DNA of 62,894 bases, filler included, from an uncultured Methanosarcinales archaeon (lineage in GTDB: Archaea > Nanobdellota > Nanobdellia > Woesearchaeales > GW2011-AR9), in assembly GCA_964434885.1 (NCBI GenBank). It is 7 parts of 7 records of this genome, joined end to end, with 100 filler letters (N's around TTAATTAATTAA, not from the genome) between each part and the next. Parts side by side here need not be neighbours in the genome. Positions count along the whole stretch, not along the records: positions 20,438 to 30,029 come from CAYSWQ010000036.1; positions 30,130 to 39,653 come from CAYSWQ010000037.1; 5 more parts are not named here. One strand, given 5' to 3'. The position numbers and the translations under genes are program-made. Under the pieces are notes generated by a model. It saw nothing but the letters and a program-made list of their open reading frames with translations. It made no database searches and was not told where the DNA came from. This document shows, one piece after another, positions 21,929 to 33,232 of the stretch (positions are counted from its first letter, which is position 1; each line of letters starts with the position of its first letter).

Positions 21929-24900
21929 TGATTTCCTCTGCCAATTGTATTGGGTTTATATTTATTTTGGAAAATATTTGATTTTCATATTCTTTTGATT
22001 TTTTGATGTGGTATTCCCAATATTCAAGGGGTTTGTTGTAATGTTGTTTTAAATAGTTGTAACGTTGATCATGTGAAACCACTTTATTTTGGAAAGTTAC
22101 TGAATCAGCATAAGCAACAATTAAATCTTCCCAATTTTTTTCTCGATAATAATTGGAACAGTTGAGAATTGTTTCAGCTAATTCTGGATATTGAGGTTTG
22201 AAAAATTCATAAGCAATCTGGTCTTCTTTCAAACCAGGGTATTTTTGGATTAAATTATTTCGAGTGTTTATTTGTTCTGGAGTGAAATCGTTGTTGTGGA
22301 AAGGTGTTTCTTGATTAATGTCAATAGCTGTGATTTTGAAGAGATCATGAAGTAAAGCTGCTCGACTGACCAATTCGACGTTGATTTTTACTCCAGAGCC
22401 CGATAATTTATTGGCTAAGAAAACAGCTACTTCTCTTACTTTTTCACAGTGTTGTTTGATGTTTTCAGGAACTTTGTATTTCTGGAAAAGTTCTTGACAT
22501 TGTTGTTCGGTTGGGAGGTCGATTTTGTTTATTTTTTTGACTGTTCCTTTGTTGGCATCAACTTCGACTAGGTCTCCGTCTTTGAATATTTCTGTTCCAT
22601 ATTCAGTACCAACAATACAAGGTATTCCGAATTCTCTACTAACAACTGCAGCATGAGACATCATTCCACCTTGATCAGAAACAATAGCTGAAGCTTTATG
22701 ACATAAAACCATTAGCTCTGGACTAGTTGTTTGTGCTATAAGAATATCTCCTTTTTCCATTCGGGAATTAATTTTACTTACTTCTTCAGTATCAACCATC
22801 ATCGGAGCAATTGTGACTTTACCAGTTACTTTCCCTTTATTAGCAATTGTTCCATTAATAGAATCTCTTTCTCCACCTTTTATCACTTCTTTGGATAATT
22901 GGGTGGCTTTTTCATGCGATAAACTAAAAGTTTTACCATCAATAGAAATTAAAGCGGTTGCTTTTTTTCTTTTATTAATTATTTCCTCATCAACTTTTTT
23001 CCCATCATAGAGAGCCATTAATTCATTAGAATAAAGATAATTGGCACTATCTTCATCATTATAATACTTCTTTGAAAGAGAAGCCATTGTGTTTGGAATT
23101 ATTCCACCAACAAAAGCAATTTTGTTTAAAGTTTGCCTACCCCAAACTTTCAACTCATACATATCATTCAAGTTTTCTTTAATAGTTTGATCATTAGTTT
23201 CTTGCATTTTTTGATAAGCTAAATCAATGTAAGGAAATTCAGTGAACCCGTAATAATACCAAAATTTCCTCATTTTTTCTAAAAGAACTTTTAATTCTTC
23301 TTTACTAATCTCTTCTGGAACAGAATCATATTTCGGAAATACATCTTTGTATAAATGATCTAAGAAAGATCTAAAAGTTTTAGCATATTCTTGATATTTT
23401 TTTTTGCTACTAAATAATTTTAATCCTTCTTGTAGGCATTCTTCTTTTTTACTCTTATCCATGAAAGTATACCATTCTCCTTTTTGTTGTGATAATAAAG
23501 ATTCCTCCTCTTCGGAATTTTGTACTAAAAGAATATTTCCCCTACCCAATGAAGTCCCAGCAAATGCTTCGTGATTAAAACAGGAAATATTAAATTTGCC
23601 TCTGAAAAGGTTGCTGTACTTTTTTAAATCAATATTAAGTCTTCTAACAACTTCATTTTCAGCATCTACTTCAATTAACTCCCCTTCCTTGAAAGTTGTT
23701 GTAGCTCTTTCTGTTCCAACAACACAAGGGATTCCAAATTCTCTAGAGATAATTGCCGCGTGAGAGAGCATCCCTCCTTCATCTGTAACAATTGCCCCTG
23801 CTTTCATAGCAATATCCATGACGTTAGGTTGAGTCATTTGAGTAACTAATATTTCTCCTTTCTGAAAAGATTTTCTTAATTCTCTTAATTGTTCAATGTT
23901 GTTAGATTCTAGAATTCTGGCTTTACCAACCAATTTACCTGCATTTGCTATTCTCCCTTTTAATTCATCAGTTTCTTCTTCTTTATACAAATTTTTTAAT
24001 TCTTGTTTAGCCAATTGTTCTGCTTCATCACCAGATTTAAAAATAATTTTTCCTTCTTTCAACATTCCAACAAAACAATTCTTTCTATTCTTTTTCTCTT
24101 CATTGGATAATTTTGTTCCATTTAATAATTCTCTAATCTCATTAATCAAATAATATTTATTAATGTCTTGGATTGATTCACCTGTTCTTTTAGAAATTTC
24201 TTCAAATAGGGGAATTAAGTAGAAATCAGTACCTGCCCAACAAGACTTCAAGTCAATTCGGCTTAAAGCAACTTTTTGTACAAATTCAACTGCTTGTTTT
24301 GCTTCTGGTTTAGTATTGATTATTTTTTCTTGTTTTTCTTTAAGTTCCCTTTTCTCTTCAAGAATATTTTTTACTTTTATATTTTCTTCATCATTATTAT
24401 ATCTTTGAGTTAATGTATCAATAACATCTTCTTTTGAGAAATGTACTGCAACAATCCAAGGGTGTTTTTCAGTATGTTCAATTAATTTTTCAACAGAAAA
24501 TTCTTCCTGTAAAAGTTTTTGCCAATCTAATAATTCTTTATCAACTGGATCTAATTCTGAAGGTAACATTAAAGTAGATAATTGTTCACCAGAAAATTGT
24601 TTCTCAACTTCTTTATTTAAGTGCAATGTAGTTTGTGCTTGGCTTGCCCTAAAATAACTAATGACTTGAGACCAATTACTGGCAGTTTCATTAAAAATTA
24701 AAAATAATTCTTCATTAGATAATTCTGAAAAACTAGTTTCTTTTAACATTTTCAATAATTTTTGGTGTTGGTTATACACACCATCTACTTCTTGGAAAAA
24801 TTTTTTAGTGTACTCTGGATTCAGGAAAAGTTTACTTCTTTCTCCATCTTCTTCTAGATCTTTATTAGAATGATAACAGAATATTCGATTGTTTCTGGAA

Positions 24901-25025
24901 ACAGAAATTACATTATTGAGTTGATTCCATAAAATGTGTCTTAATTTGAGAAGAGCATTAAGATTCATTTCAATAGTAAAATGTGTTTGATGATTACTCC
25001 AAAGAAAAGTGTATGGTGATTTCAT
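21909..25025 (-). CDS. multidomain protein: two PEP-utilising mobile (phospho-His carrier) domains plus C-terminal HD domain
   Basis: TDEGGMLSHAAIISREFGIPCVVG and SDQGGMMSHAAVVSREFGIPCIVG; C-terminal H...AALLHD...YAD. Confidence 0.8.
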   Translation of the reverse strand: MKSPYTFLWSNHQTHFTIEMNLNALLKLRHILWNQLNNVISVSRNNRIFCYHSNKDLEEDGERSKLFLNPEYTKKFFQEVDGVYNQHQKLLKMLKETSFSELSNEELFLIFNETASNWSQVISYFRASQAQTTLHLNKEVEKQFSGEQLSTLMLPSELDPVDKELLDWQKLLQEEFSVEKLIEHTEKHPWIVAVHFSKEDVIDTLTQRYNNDEENIKVKNILEEKRELKEKQEKIINTKPEAKQAVEFVQKVALSRIDLKSCWAGTDFYLIPLFEEISKRTGESIQDINKYYLINEIRELLNGTKLSNEEKKNRKNCFVGMLKEGKIIFKSGDEAEQLAKQELKNLYKEEETDELKGRIANAGKLVGKARILESNNIEQLRELRKSFQKGEILVTQMTQPNVMDIAMKAGAIVTDEGGMLSHAAIISREFGIPCVVGTERATTTFKEGELIEVDAENEVVRRLNIDLKKYSNLFRGKFNISCFNHEAFAGTSLGRGNILLVQNSEEEESLLSQQKGEWYTFMDKSKKEECLQEGLKLFSSKKKYQEYAKTFRSFLDHLYKDVFPKYDSVPEEISKEELKVLLEKMRKFWYYYGFTEFPYIDLAYQKMQETNDQTIKENLNDMYELKVWGRQTLNKIAFVGGIIPNTMASLSKKYYNDEDSANYLYSNELMALYDGKKVDEEIINKRKKATALISIDGKTFSLSHEKATQLSKEVIKGGERDSINGTIANKGKVTGKVTIAPMMVDTEEVSKINSRMEKGDILIAQTTSPELMVLCHKASAIVSDQGGMMSHAAVVSREFGIPCIVGTEYGTEIFKDGDLVEVDANKGTVKKINKIDLPTEQQCQELFQKYKVPENIKQHCEKVREVAVFLANKLSGSGVKINVELVSRAALLHDLFKITAIDINQETPFHNNDFTPEQINTRNNLIQKYPGLKEDQIAYEFFKPQYPELAETILNCSNYYREKNWEDLIVAYADSVTFQNKVVSHDQRYNYLKQHYNKPLEYWEYHIKKSKEYENQIFSKININPIQLAEEINGKRLL

Positions 25026-25672
25026 TATAAATTAAATTCTCCTTTAGTACGTTCAATTACTTTTGGAACTAGTGTTTCTTTCATGTAATTAATTGCTTCT
25101 TGGTATTTTTCAAAATGATTACAAAAAGGATTTGGTACTCCTTCTTCTACTTGGGCATATTCAGCAATAGGAATTATCTCTGGTGTAGGTTCTCCTGTTT
25201 TTGTGTAAATGTTTCTTGTTAATTCAGCAGTTGAATCAGTAACAGGTAAAACTAAATCAAATCTTTTAGTTGGATCTAATGGTTGATGATATTCTTTATG
25301 ATGTTCTGGAAGTATTCCAGTTTGGGCCAATGCTGCATTTCTAAAAGCAACCTCGACGTCCATTAAATAATTAAAACATTCATCAACTTCTTGAGGGTCT
25401 GCTTCTAAACCTTTTTCTTTCACACTAAGAGCCAAATCTTTTAACCTACCAAGATAAATATCATTATCTAATCCTTGAGAAATACATTTAATCTGAGCAT
25501 TAACATAGTTTTTTCCAGTTGGTTCATTAACTGGATGTTTACCTGCTCCACTAGAAGAAAAAATTAATCTTCCTTCTAGGCCTTCAACCTTAACTAGTTC
25601 ATTCCCAATGATTTCTATGGCTGGGCTTCTCCCACCATTGCCATAACAAACGGCATGTAATTCTGTAACCAT
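25025..25672 (-). CDS. low-molecular-weight phosphatase (LMW-PTP/ArsC/YwlE-like) homologue
   Basis: P-loop VCYGNGGRS (Cx5R), SSSG, DLVLPV, VPNPF in place of DPY. Confidence 0.65.
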   Translation of the reverse strand: MVTELHAVCYGNGGRSPAIEIIGNELVKVEGLEGRLIFSSSGAGKHPVNEPTGKNYVNAQIKCISQGLDNDIYLGRLKDLALSVKEKGLEADPQEVDECFNYLMDVEVAFRNAALAQTGILPEHHKEYHQPLDPTKRFDLVLPVTDSTAELTRNIYTKTGEPTPEIIPIAEYAQVEEGVPNPFCNHFEKYQEAINYMKETLVPKVIERTKGEFNL

Positions 25673-25707
25673 CTTTAAGTTCAAAAAAGAAAGATTAAAT
25701 AATCTTT

Positions 25708-27648
25708 CTATTTCTTTTCTTCCTTCTTTTCTTCGAATTCAGCATCAACTACTGTTTCGTCGGTGTTTGATTCTGGTTTCTCAGATTGAGGGTTTGCTCC
25801 GTTTGGTCCAGGACCTGCTTGACCATTGGGATTTGGTCCTGCTCCATTAGCACCAGCTTTTGCTTGTTCTGCTTGTTGAGCTGCAGCTGCTTCTTGATAC
25901 ATTTTAGTACCAATTTCTTGCATCACTTTATTCAGCTCTTCAATCTTAGCATTGATAGTTGCTGGTTCTCCAGTTTTTCTAGCTTCCTCAAGTTCTTTGA
26001 CTTTCTCTTCAATACTTTTCTTAGTATCTTTGTCAACTTTGTCTTTGAACTCATCCAACATCTTCTTAGATTGGTGGATTAAAGAGTCGGCATTGTTTTC
26101 AGCATCAATCTTTTCTTTTTTCTTGTTGTCAGCTTCTGAATTTTTCTCTGCTTCAGCTTTCATCTTTTCGATTTCGTCCTGACTCAAGTTTCCAGTACCA
26201 GTGATTTTGATACTTTGTTCCTTAGCAGTTCCTAGATCTTTAGCAGAAACAGAAACGATTCCATTAGCATCGATGTCAAAGGTTACTTCGATCTGTGGGA
26301 CTCCCCGAGGTGCGGGAGGGATTCCCACTAGATCAAATTGTCCTAGAACTTTATTGTCTGGAAACATTGGTCTTTCTCCCTGAGCAACTCTAATAGTTAC
26401 TGCTGGTTGATTGTCTGCCGCAGTAGAGAAGATCTGAGACTTCTTAGTTGGCACGGTGGTGTTTCTGTCGATTAACTTAGTAAAAACACTTCCCAAAGTT
26501 TCAATTCCTAGACTTAATGGAGTAACATCCAATAATAAGACATCTTTAACATCTCCAGCTAAAACTCCAGCTTGAATAGTTGCTCCCAAAGAAACAGCTT
26601 CGTCCGGATTAACAGATTTATCTCCTTCTTTGTCAGTCAACTTTTTTACAATTTCTTGTACAGCTGGGATCCTAGTTGATCCACCAACAAAGATAACTTT
26701 GTCAACTTCTCCACCAAAATCACTTAATGCTTGTTTAGTTGGACCTTCTAATCTTTTTAAGATAGAATCAATTAATTCTTCGAACTTAGCTCGAGATAAT
26801 TCTTCAGTCAAATGTTTAGGTCCGTTTTGATCTGCAGTAACGAAAGGAATATTGATCTCAGTTTTAGTTTTAGTTGAGAGTTCAATCTTGGCTTTTTCAG
26901 CAGCTTCTTTTAATCTTTGGACAGCAGTGTTATCTTTACGTAAATCGACACCAGTTGATTTCTTAAACTGGTCTGCTAAATAGTCAATAATTATTTGGTC
27001 AACATCGTCCCCACCCAATAAGTTATCTCCAGCAGTCGCTTTAACTTCAAAAACACCATCTCCCAATTCTAGAATAGAAACATCAAAAGTTCCTCCTCCA
27101 AAATCAAAGACTAAAACAGTTTGTTCTTTTTCTTGTTTATCTAAACCATAAGCTAAAGCCGCAGCAGTTGGTTCGTTAACAATTCTTAAAACATTTAAAC
27201 CAGCAATTTCTCCTGCATCTTTAGTTGCTTTTCTTTGGGCATCATTAAAATAAGCAGGAACAGTAATAACTGCATTATTAACTGGTTGTCCCAAATAAGC
27301 TTCGGCATCTTTCTTTAATTTTTGTAAAACCATGGCGGAGATTTGCTCTGGTGAGTATTCTTTGTCATCAATGGAAATCTTTTCGGTGGTTCCAATTTTT
27401 CTTTTAATACTCCTAATCGTTCGAGAAGGATCAACAATCGCTTGGTTTCGAGCAACTTGTCCAACAACAACCTCTCCTTCTTTAATATGTACTACACTTG
27501 GAGTAGTTCTTTGTCCCTCGGCATTCGGGATAATGTTTGATTTTCCAGCTTCCATTACTGCAACTGCGGAAAATGTTGTACCCAAATCAATTCCAATGGT
27601 AGCACCATTAATTTTTTTATCTTTATTTTCAGTTGTTTTATCTTTCAT
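25708..27648 (-). CDS. dnaK: molecular chaperone DnaK
   Basis: [41 protein letters not shown]. Confidence 0.98.
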   Translation of the reverse strand: MKDKTTENKDKKINGATIGIDLGTTFSAVAVMEAGKSNIIPNAEGQRTTPSVVHIKEGEVVVGQVARNQAIVDPSRTIRSIKRKIGTTEKISIDDKEYSPEQISAMVLQKLKKDAEAYLGQPVNNAVITVPAYFNDAQRKATKDAGEIAGLNVLRIVNEPTAAALAYGLDKQEKEQTVLVFDFGGGTFDVSILELGDGVFEVKATAGDNLLGGDDVDQIIIDYLADQFKKSTGVDLRKDNTAVQRLKEAAEKAKIELSTKTKTEINIPFVTADQNGPKHLTEELSRAKFEELIDSILKRLEGPTKQALSDFGGEVDKVIFVGGSTRIPAVQEIVKKLTDKEGDKSVNPDEAVSLGATIQAGVLAGDVKDVLLLDVTPLSLGIETLGSVFTKLIDRNTTVPTKKSQIFSTAADNQPAVTIRVAQGERPMFPDNKVLGQFDLVGIPPAPRGVPQIEVTFDIDANGIVSVSAKDLGTAKEQSIKITGTGNLSQDEIEKMKAEAEKNSEADNKKKEKIDAENNADSLIHQSKKMLDEFKDKVDKDTKKSIEEKVKELEEARKTGEPATINAKIEELNKVMQEIGTKMYQEAAAAQQAEQAKAGANGAGPNPNGQAGPGPNGANPQSEKPESNTDETVVDAEFEEKKEEKK

Positions 27649-27667
27649 TTTATTTTACCTCGCTGTT

Positions 27668-28156
27668 TCAATTTTTATTATTATTTTGTTGGCCGTCACT
27701 AACTTTAACTTTAGCAGGCCGAATCACTTTGTCGTTTAACATAAATCCTTTTTGTAATTCTTCTATAATTGTATTTTCTGGTTTTTCTGAAGCGATTTTC
27801 ATTAATGCTTCATGATAATAAGGATTGAATTCTTGATTTTCGGTTTTTATTTTTTTAACTCCTTGGTTTTCTAAAACAGTGAATAATTGAGAATAAATTA
27901 ATTGAACTCCTTTGGTGAAATCTCTTTGATTTGTGTTGCTGTTTTTTAAAGCCAATTCAAAGTTATCTATGATAGGTAATATTTGTAAGATTGTTTTTTT
28001 GGAAGCAAATTGAGTGATTTCTTGAATTCTTTTTTCAGTTTGCTTGCGATAGTTTTCAAAATCAGCCTGATTTCTTTGTAATAAACTAGTTAATTCGGTG
28101 ATTTTTTCTTGTAATTTGTTGTTTTCTTTTTCCGTAGATTTTTCTTTTTTTACCAT
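27668..28156 (-). CDS. grpE: nucleotide exchange factor GrpE
   Basis: QADFENYRK, FNPYYHEA, LQKGF...DKVIRPAKVKV. Confidence 0.95.
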   Translation of the reverse strand: MVKKEKSTEKENNKLQEKITELTSLLQRNQADFENYRKQTEKRIQEITQFASKKTILQILPIIDNFELALKNSNTNQRDFTKGVQLIYSQLFTVLENQGVKKIKTENQEFNPYYHEALMKIASEKPENTIIEELQKGFMLNDKVIRPAKVKVSDGQQNNNKN

Positions 28157-28261
28157 TTTTATTGTTTTTGTTGATTTTAAGTCAACGTAGTAGTCTTAAA
28201 AGGCAACTAATATATAAACTTTTCGGGAAATCTTTAAATAATGGAGAATAATTCTTAGTTT

Positions 28262-28654
28262 ATGGCCAAACGGATTGTCGTTGTTAAGATCAGAAAAAAA
28301 CACCATAACAATGTTAATGAAGATCTTAGGTGGATGGGTAATTCTTTAGGTTTGTTTGGTATTCGTGACAAAGATAGTAGTTGTTTTAGAATGTTTATTG
28401 TATTGTTAAAAAATAGAGATAAAACTATCTCTTCTGATGAAATTGCTGAAAAATTGGGTTTAACTCGAGGTACAGTAGTACATCATTTGAATAAATTGAT
28501 GAATGCTGGTGTAGTAGTTAGGGAGAAAGGTGGTTATATTCTTCGTGAAAATTCAATGCAAGGCGTGATTAGAGATATGCAAAGAGACATGGAATTGATG
28601 TTTGGTGAATTGAAAAGAGCTGCTAAGGAAATAGATGAGAAATTGGGGATGTGA
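28262..28654 (+). CDS. winged-helix transcriptional regulator (ArsR-like), divergent from grpE
   Basis: SSDEIAEKLGLTRGTVVHHLNKLMNAGVV. Confidence 0.8.
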   Translation: MAKRIVVVKIRKKHHNNVNEDLRWMGNSLGLFGIRDKDSSCFRMFIVLLKNRDKTISSDEIAEKLGLTRGTVVHHLNKLMNAGVVVREKGGYILRENSMQGVIRDMQRDMELMFGELKRAAKEIDEKLGM

Positions 28655-28836
28655 TTGATAACTTAATCTGCACGACAAGCAAATATTTTTCCATTAAATT
28701 TTTTCTGTTCTTGATAGTAATGTTTTCGGCATAAATAACTCCGCTTTTTCCTTTATTTTTTTCTCCTAACATACCTGGATAAACTTCATATAAGCTTTAT
28801 TTTTATAAGTTCATTTATAATCACAATGGTTCTTTT

Positions 28837-29247
28837 TTATCTTCCACAAAAAATTTCCATAATCTCTTTTGTAGAATAAATTTTAACTTTATCTTGTTCT
28901 TTTAGTTTTTTATCATTTGACCAAATTGGAGAATTTCTTCTTAAAGCCAATGCAAAATACATGGCATCATTTTCATCAGGTGAAATTTCTAAAGATTCAT
29001 CAATAAAATCACAATATTCTTCGCTAGGAATGATTGTTATTACTTTCATTAATAAATGCATTAATTGTATGAAATTTTCAGGAGAGCGCTTTGATTTAAA
29101 TGATATCTCTTTTTTGTATTTTATAAATTCATCAATAATAAATTCTGGAGCAATTAATTGAAAACTTTTTTCAAAAGCCAAATCGGTGGTTACACCGTCA
29201 CGAATAAACATAGCAAATAAAATATTTGCATCAACTATTAATTCCAT
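28837..29247 (-). CDS. PIN-domain toxin (VapC-like)
   Basis: IVDANILF, PDENDAMYFALAL, WSNDKKL. Confidence 0.88.
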   Translation of the reverse strand: MELIVDANILFAMFIRDGVTTDLAFEKSFQLIAPEFIIDEFIKYKKEISFKSKRSPENFIQLMHLLMKVITIIPSEEYCDFIDESLEISPDENDAMYFALALRRNSPIWSNDKKLKEQDKVKIYSTKEIMEIFCGR

Positions 29248-29470
29248 GTTTTTCTTTGTGTCTTTTCCAAGCAGCAGATTTTACTTTTTTTCCTAATTCC
29301 AAAGCCTCTTTTTCAGTTAAAGTGCTGTCCTTAGTAAATTCTTTAAATTTTCTGAGCATTAATATTCTCTTTTGAATTGCTTCTCTAGCTACAGCACTCC
29401 AATTTATTATTTTAAATTCATCCATTTCAGATTTCAATTCTTCAGGGACTGACAAAGTTATACTAACCAT
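29231..29470 (-). CDS. ribbon-helix-helix antitoxin (VapB-like)
   Basis: MVSITLSVPEELK..M...INWSAVAREAI; overlaps the PIN gene. Confidence 0.8.
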   Translation of the reverse strand: MVSITLSVPEELKSEMDEFKIINWSAVAREAIQKRILMLRKFKEFTKDSTLTEKEALELGKKVKSAAWKRHKEKHGINS

Positions 29471-29577
29471 TTTTACCTCCGTTGATTATGTTTATTATGT
29501 GTGATATGTTTATTTATTTAAATGTTTTGGTAGTTTTTAGAGAAAATATTAAAAATAAACTAGTTCTTGGATTGAAA

Positions 29578-30029
29578 ATGCAAAAGACAAATGATGTTAT
29601 TGGATTAGGGAGTGCATTAATGGATTTTTTGATTGAAGTAGATGAAGATAAATTATTAGAGTTTAATTTGAAAAAAGGGGAGATGCATTTGGTAGAAGAA
29701 GAGAAAGCTTCTGAGATTTTACAAAAGATTAATGATTATCAATTACAAGTAGAATATGTTCCAGGCGGAAGTTCTGCAAATACTTTAAAAGGGATGGCTT
29801 TGCTTGGAAGTAAAGTTATTTTCTGTGGGAAGGTTGGTTCCGATGATCATGGTTTGTCTTACGAACAGCAAATGAATGGGCACGGGGTTGATTTAAGATT
29901 GGGTAAACAGGATTCTCTTACTGGGCATTCTATCTCATTTATTACTCCCGATTCTGAAAGAACGTTTGCAACCCATTTAGGAGCAGCGATTAATTTGGTG
30001 AAAGAAGATATTTTAGAAGAAGATATTGC
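29578..30029 (+). CDS. PfkB family (adenosine kinase-like) carbohydrate kinase, 3'-truncated
   Basis: GLGSALMD, GGSSANT, GKVGSDDHG, TPDSERT. Confidence 0.85.
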
Positions 30030-30338
30030 NNNNNNNNNNNNNNNNNNNNNNNNNNNNNNNNNNNNNNNNNNNNTTAATTAATTAANNNNNNNNNNNNNNN
30101 NNNNNNNNNNNNNNNNNNNNNNNNNNNNNGAAACCATGGTTTTATTTTTTTAAAGCCGTAATCAACAAATACTTTTACAATTATCATTTAGATAGTGATT
30201 TTATTGGTGAGATGGGAGGAGATGTGGCTTATTTGGGAAGGCAAATAAAATCTTTATTGAGTTTATACAAATATCAAGTTTCAGAAACACATCATCCTGG
30301 TAAAACAGAATCAAAAGAAGAAACAACATCAGAAGAAT

Positions 30339-31604
30339 CTAAAGAATCTGCCCCTGAAGATCCCACTGATTAATCTTATTAATTTTCACTCTTAATTTCT
30401 GACCTAATTTAAAATCACCTTCTACAATAACTGGTTTGTAAGATTGATTACGTCCAATCCACTGTTCATTTTTTCCTTTTTCAACCAACATTATCTCTAC
30501 TATTTTTCCCAACCACTTTTCATTATTTAATCTAGCAATGTTCCTAAAAATCTCACTCAACACGCGAGATCGTCTTTTAATTTCATCTCCTGGAATTTGG
30601 TTTTTCATTTTCGCCGCAGCAGTTTTTTCTCTGGCCCAAAAACGAGAAATATTCATTACTTCTGGACTCATTTGTCTAACCACACTTAAAGTATCCCAAT
30701 ATTGCCGATCTGTCTCCCCAGGAAAACCAACAATCATATCTGTAGCAATAGTAATCTCTGGAAAATTAGCTCTAAATTCTTTCACCAAATCAACAAACTC
30801 TTTAATAGAGTACTGTCGCCCCATCATCTTCAATACTTGATCATTTCCACTTTGTACTGGTAAATGTAAGAATTTGTAAATTTTTTCACTTTTGAAAAGT
30901 TCTAACATTTCATTTTTCATTTTTAACAAATGATCTGGATTCATCATCCCTACTCGAATCTTAAAATCATAATCTAACATCACTAATTCTTTCAAAAGCT
31001 CAGGTAAATTAGTTCCCAAATCAAAACCATAACAACCACCATCTTGGGCAGTTAACCAGATTTCCTTAACTCCTTCACCTAAAGCCTTTCGAACTTTCAA
31101 TTTAATCTCTTTAATTGAATAAGAAATCAATTCTCCTCTGGCAGATTTTGTTTTACAATAACTACATTTCCCCAAACAACCCCTACAAATAGGCACAATT
31201 TCAATCAACGGATTATCTCTAATCTTGGGCAATTCTAATTCTGGATTGTCTTCTTGCGAAAGATTACAGATAAAATTATCATTTAATGCTTCTTCTACTA
31301 CTTCCACAATATTATTAATTTGTTTAGTACCTACTAATGCCAAACCTTTAAGTTTCTCTGGACTAGCTTGCGCAACACAACCAGCTACAATGATTATTTT
31401 GTAAGTCCATTTGTACTTCTCAATCTCTTTTAACACTGAATTTTCAGAAGGCCCTTTAACCGTACAAGAATTTAAAATCAAAACATCTGCTTCTTCTGGA
31501 TTATTAACAATCTGAAATTTAGCTTCTTTCAACAACCCAGCCATCACTTCACTATCTGCTTTATTCAGTGAACAACCCCATGTTTTGATATGTATTTTTG
31601 TCAT
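30339..31604 (-). CDS. tRNA methylthiotransferase, MiaB/MtaB (archaeal e-MtaB-like) family
   Basis: TWGCSLN, NSCTVK, radical SAM CLGKCSYC, TDMIVGFPGET, C-terminal TRAM. Confidence 0.9.
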   Translation of the reverse strand: MTKIHIKTWGCSLNKADSEVMAGLLKEAKFQIVNNPEEADVLILNSCTVKGPSENSVLKEIEKYKWTYKIIIVAGCVAQASPEKLKGLALVGTKQINNIVEVVEEALNDNFICNLSQEDNPELELPKIRDNPLIEIVPICRGCLGKCSYCKTKSARGELISYSIKEIKLKVRKALGEGVKEIWLTAQDGGCYGFDLGTNLPELLKELVMLDYDFKIRVGMMNPDHLLKMKNEMLELFKSEKIYKFLHLPVQSGNDQVLKMMGRQYSIKEFVDLVKEFRANFPEITIATDMIVGFPGETDRQYWDTLSVVRQMSPEVMNISRFWAREKTAAAKMKNQIPGDEIKRRSRVLSEIFRNIARLNNEKWLGKIVEIMLVEKGKNEQWIGRNQSYKPVIVEGDFKLGQKLRVKINKINQWDLQGQIL

Positions 31605-31626
31605 AGAAGTTCAGAGAAATGTGGTT

Positions 31627-32652
31627 TTATAAAGTTTTGGTAGAATTAAACAAAACCCCTGGAAAAGGATTAAACATTCTTTCTTTATACACAACCCAAG
31701 TTTCATAGTCTTTAATGATTGAACTGAAATTAATTTTGATATCTTTAATCAATTCATGAAATTCATAATTATCTTTAACTACCACATAATTCTTGATATC
31801 CCAAGGACCAATCATTTTCTTCACTGCTGTAACTAAAGGATGATGTTCCATATAATAAAGAAACTTTTTCTCTTCTTTTTCTCCAATTGAAGTTCCATTA
31901 AAACAAAAAACATAACTTTGATATCCCAAACAAGAAAAATTTAAATGACATGTAAATCGTTCAATAATGCCTGATTTTACTAATTTCTTAATTCTTAATC
32001 CAATCGCATCTGCACTTAATTTCACTTTTCGAGCAATCTTATATGTGGAAATCCTAGCATCTTGACAAAGCAATGAAAGAATCTGCAAATCTTTTTCGTC
32101 CACTTCATAATTCAAATTTTTTGCAGAACTAACTTTTTCTGTTTCCTTAATCTTTAATTTTTTAACTTCTGGAAAACTAGGAGTTCCTTGTACATTAATT
32201 ACTCCTTCTGCTTCTTTTTTCAAAATCAATTCATCATACCTTCCCAAAAGCTGATGAGAAACCTGATCAAATTCCTGCAAATCTTTAGCTAATAAAACAA
32301 TTTCCAAGTCCCAGTTATCATTAAATTGAGTTACTCTAAAAACCCGAGGAGACTTTTCCAATTCCCTGTAAAATTCTTTTAGTTTTTCTCCCTTGGAATC
32401 ATCCAATAATAAAAGTAAATGGAATTGATAATATCTTAATTTTTGATAATTCAACCGAGAATAAGTTCTTAAGATTATTCCTCTTTCCTGCATCTTTTTA
32501 TACCGATATTGAACAGATTCTTTAGACAAACGTACTTTTTTAGCAATTGTGGTAAAACTTTGTCGTGCATTAATCATCAAATGATAAAGTATTTTTTTAT
32601 CTTTCAAATCCAATTTAAAGTAATTTTTATCGGCGAATTCTAGATTAACCAT
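31627..32652 (-). CDS. tandem Lrp/AsnC family regulator
   Basis: Two repeats of D..D.KIL..L..(N/D)AR.S...IA.KV.LS plus RAM domain. Confidence 0.85.
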   Translation of the reverse strand: MVNLEFADKNYFKLDLKDKKILYHLMINARQSFTTIAKKVRLSKESVQYRYKKMQERGIILRTYSRLNYQKLRYYQFHLLLLLDDSKGEKLKEFYRELEKSPRVFRVTQFNDNWDLEIVLLAKDLQEFDQVSHQLLGRYDELILKKEAEGVINVQGTPSFPEVKKLKIKETEKVSSAKNLNYEVDEKDLQILSLLCQDARISTYKIARKVKLSADAIGLRIKKLVKSGIIERFTCHLNFSCLGYQSYVFCFNGTSIGEKEEKKFLYYMEHHPLVTAVKKMIGPWDIKNYVVVKDNYEFHELIKDIKINFSSIIKDYETWVVYKERMFNPFPGVLFNSTKTL

Positions 32653-32780
32653 CTTATTTAATTACTAATGCCTATTTTATTATATAAATCTTTCGGCATT
32701 TATTTAAATTTATCTCGATTATTTAATATATTCCTTTCACCATCAAATAAGTAAGATAAACAATATGGAGTTGATGAAAA

Positions 32781-33230
32781 ATGGGAAGTAAATTTCACTT
32801 GGTGATGGCTGGATTGTGGGCAACTGCTAGTATATTTTCTGGTGTGTCTTATGGAACGAAACCACACACTCCAGAATTACAGATGATGAAAGCTACAGCA
32901 GAATATATTCAAGAATACAAAGGAGGAAATACTGCAGAAAGAAATCCAATGGATGCTTTGAAGAAAGCTCAAGAAGCAATCAAAATTGTAGGCGAAGGTG
33001 ATGTAAAAGTAGAAGGGTTATCTAAGTTAGAAAAAGACACCCTTTCTTTAGCTTCTAGTATGGACTCGAAAACACCACCTCAAATGTATGGGCCTGCATT
33101 AAAACAATTAGGGGAGAAAATGGAAGATGTTGCTGACCCCTATATGAGAAGTAATTTTAGTTTGGTAAACGCCACACTACAAGGTAGTTTGGCCCTTTTT
33201 AATTTAGGATTGTATATCAAAGGGGATTAA
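32781..33230 (+). CDS. hypothetical membrane protein
   Basis: Hydrophobic termini; GGAG RBS. Confidence 0.55.
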   Translation: MGSKFHLVMAGLWATASIFSGVSYGTKPHTPELQMMKATAEYIQEYKGGNTAERNPMDALKKAQEAIKIVGEGDVKVEGLSKLEKDTLSLASSMDSKTPPQMYGPALKQLGEKMEDVADPYMRSNFSLVNATLQGSLALFNLGLYIKGD

Positions 33231-33232
33231 AA

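Noticed and set aside
28660..28835. Possible third copy of family A (TGCC...GTCGTGCA on the minus strand)
   Set aside because: Inner stems and the GAGG/ATTTT segments are missing. The region looks more like a frameshifted remnant of a small ORF (...SYLCRKHYYQEQKKF...).
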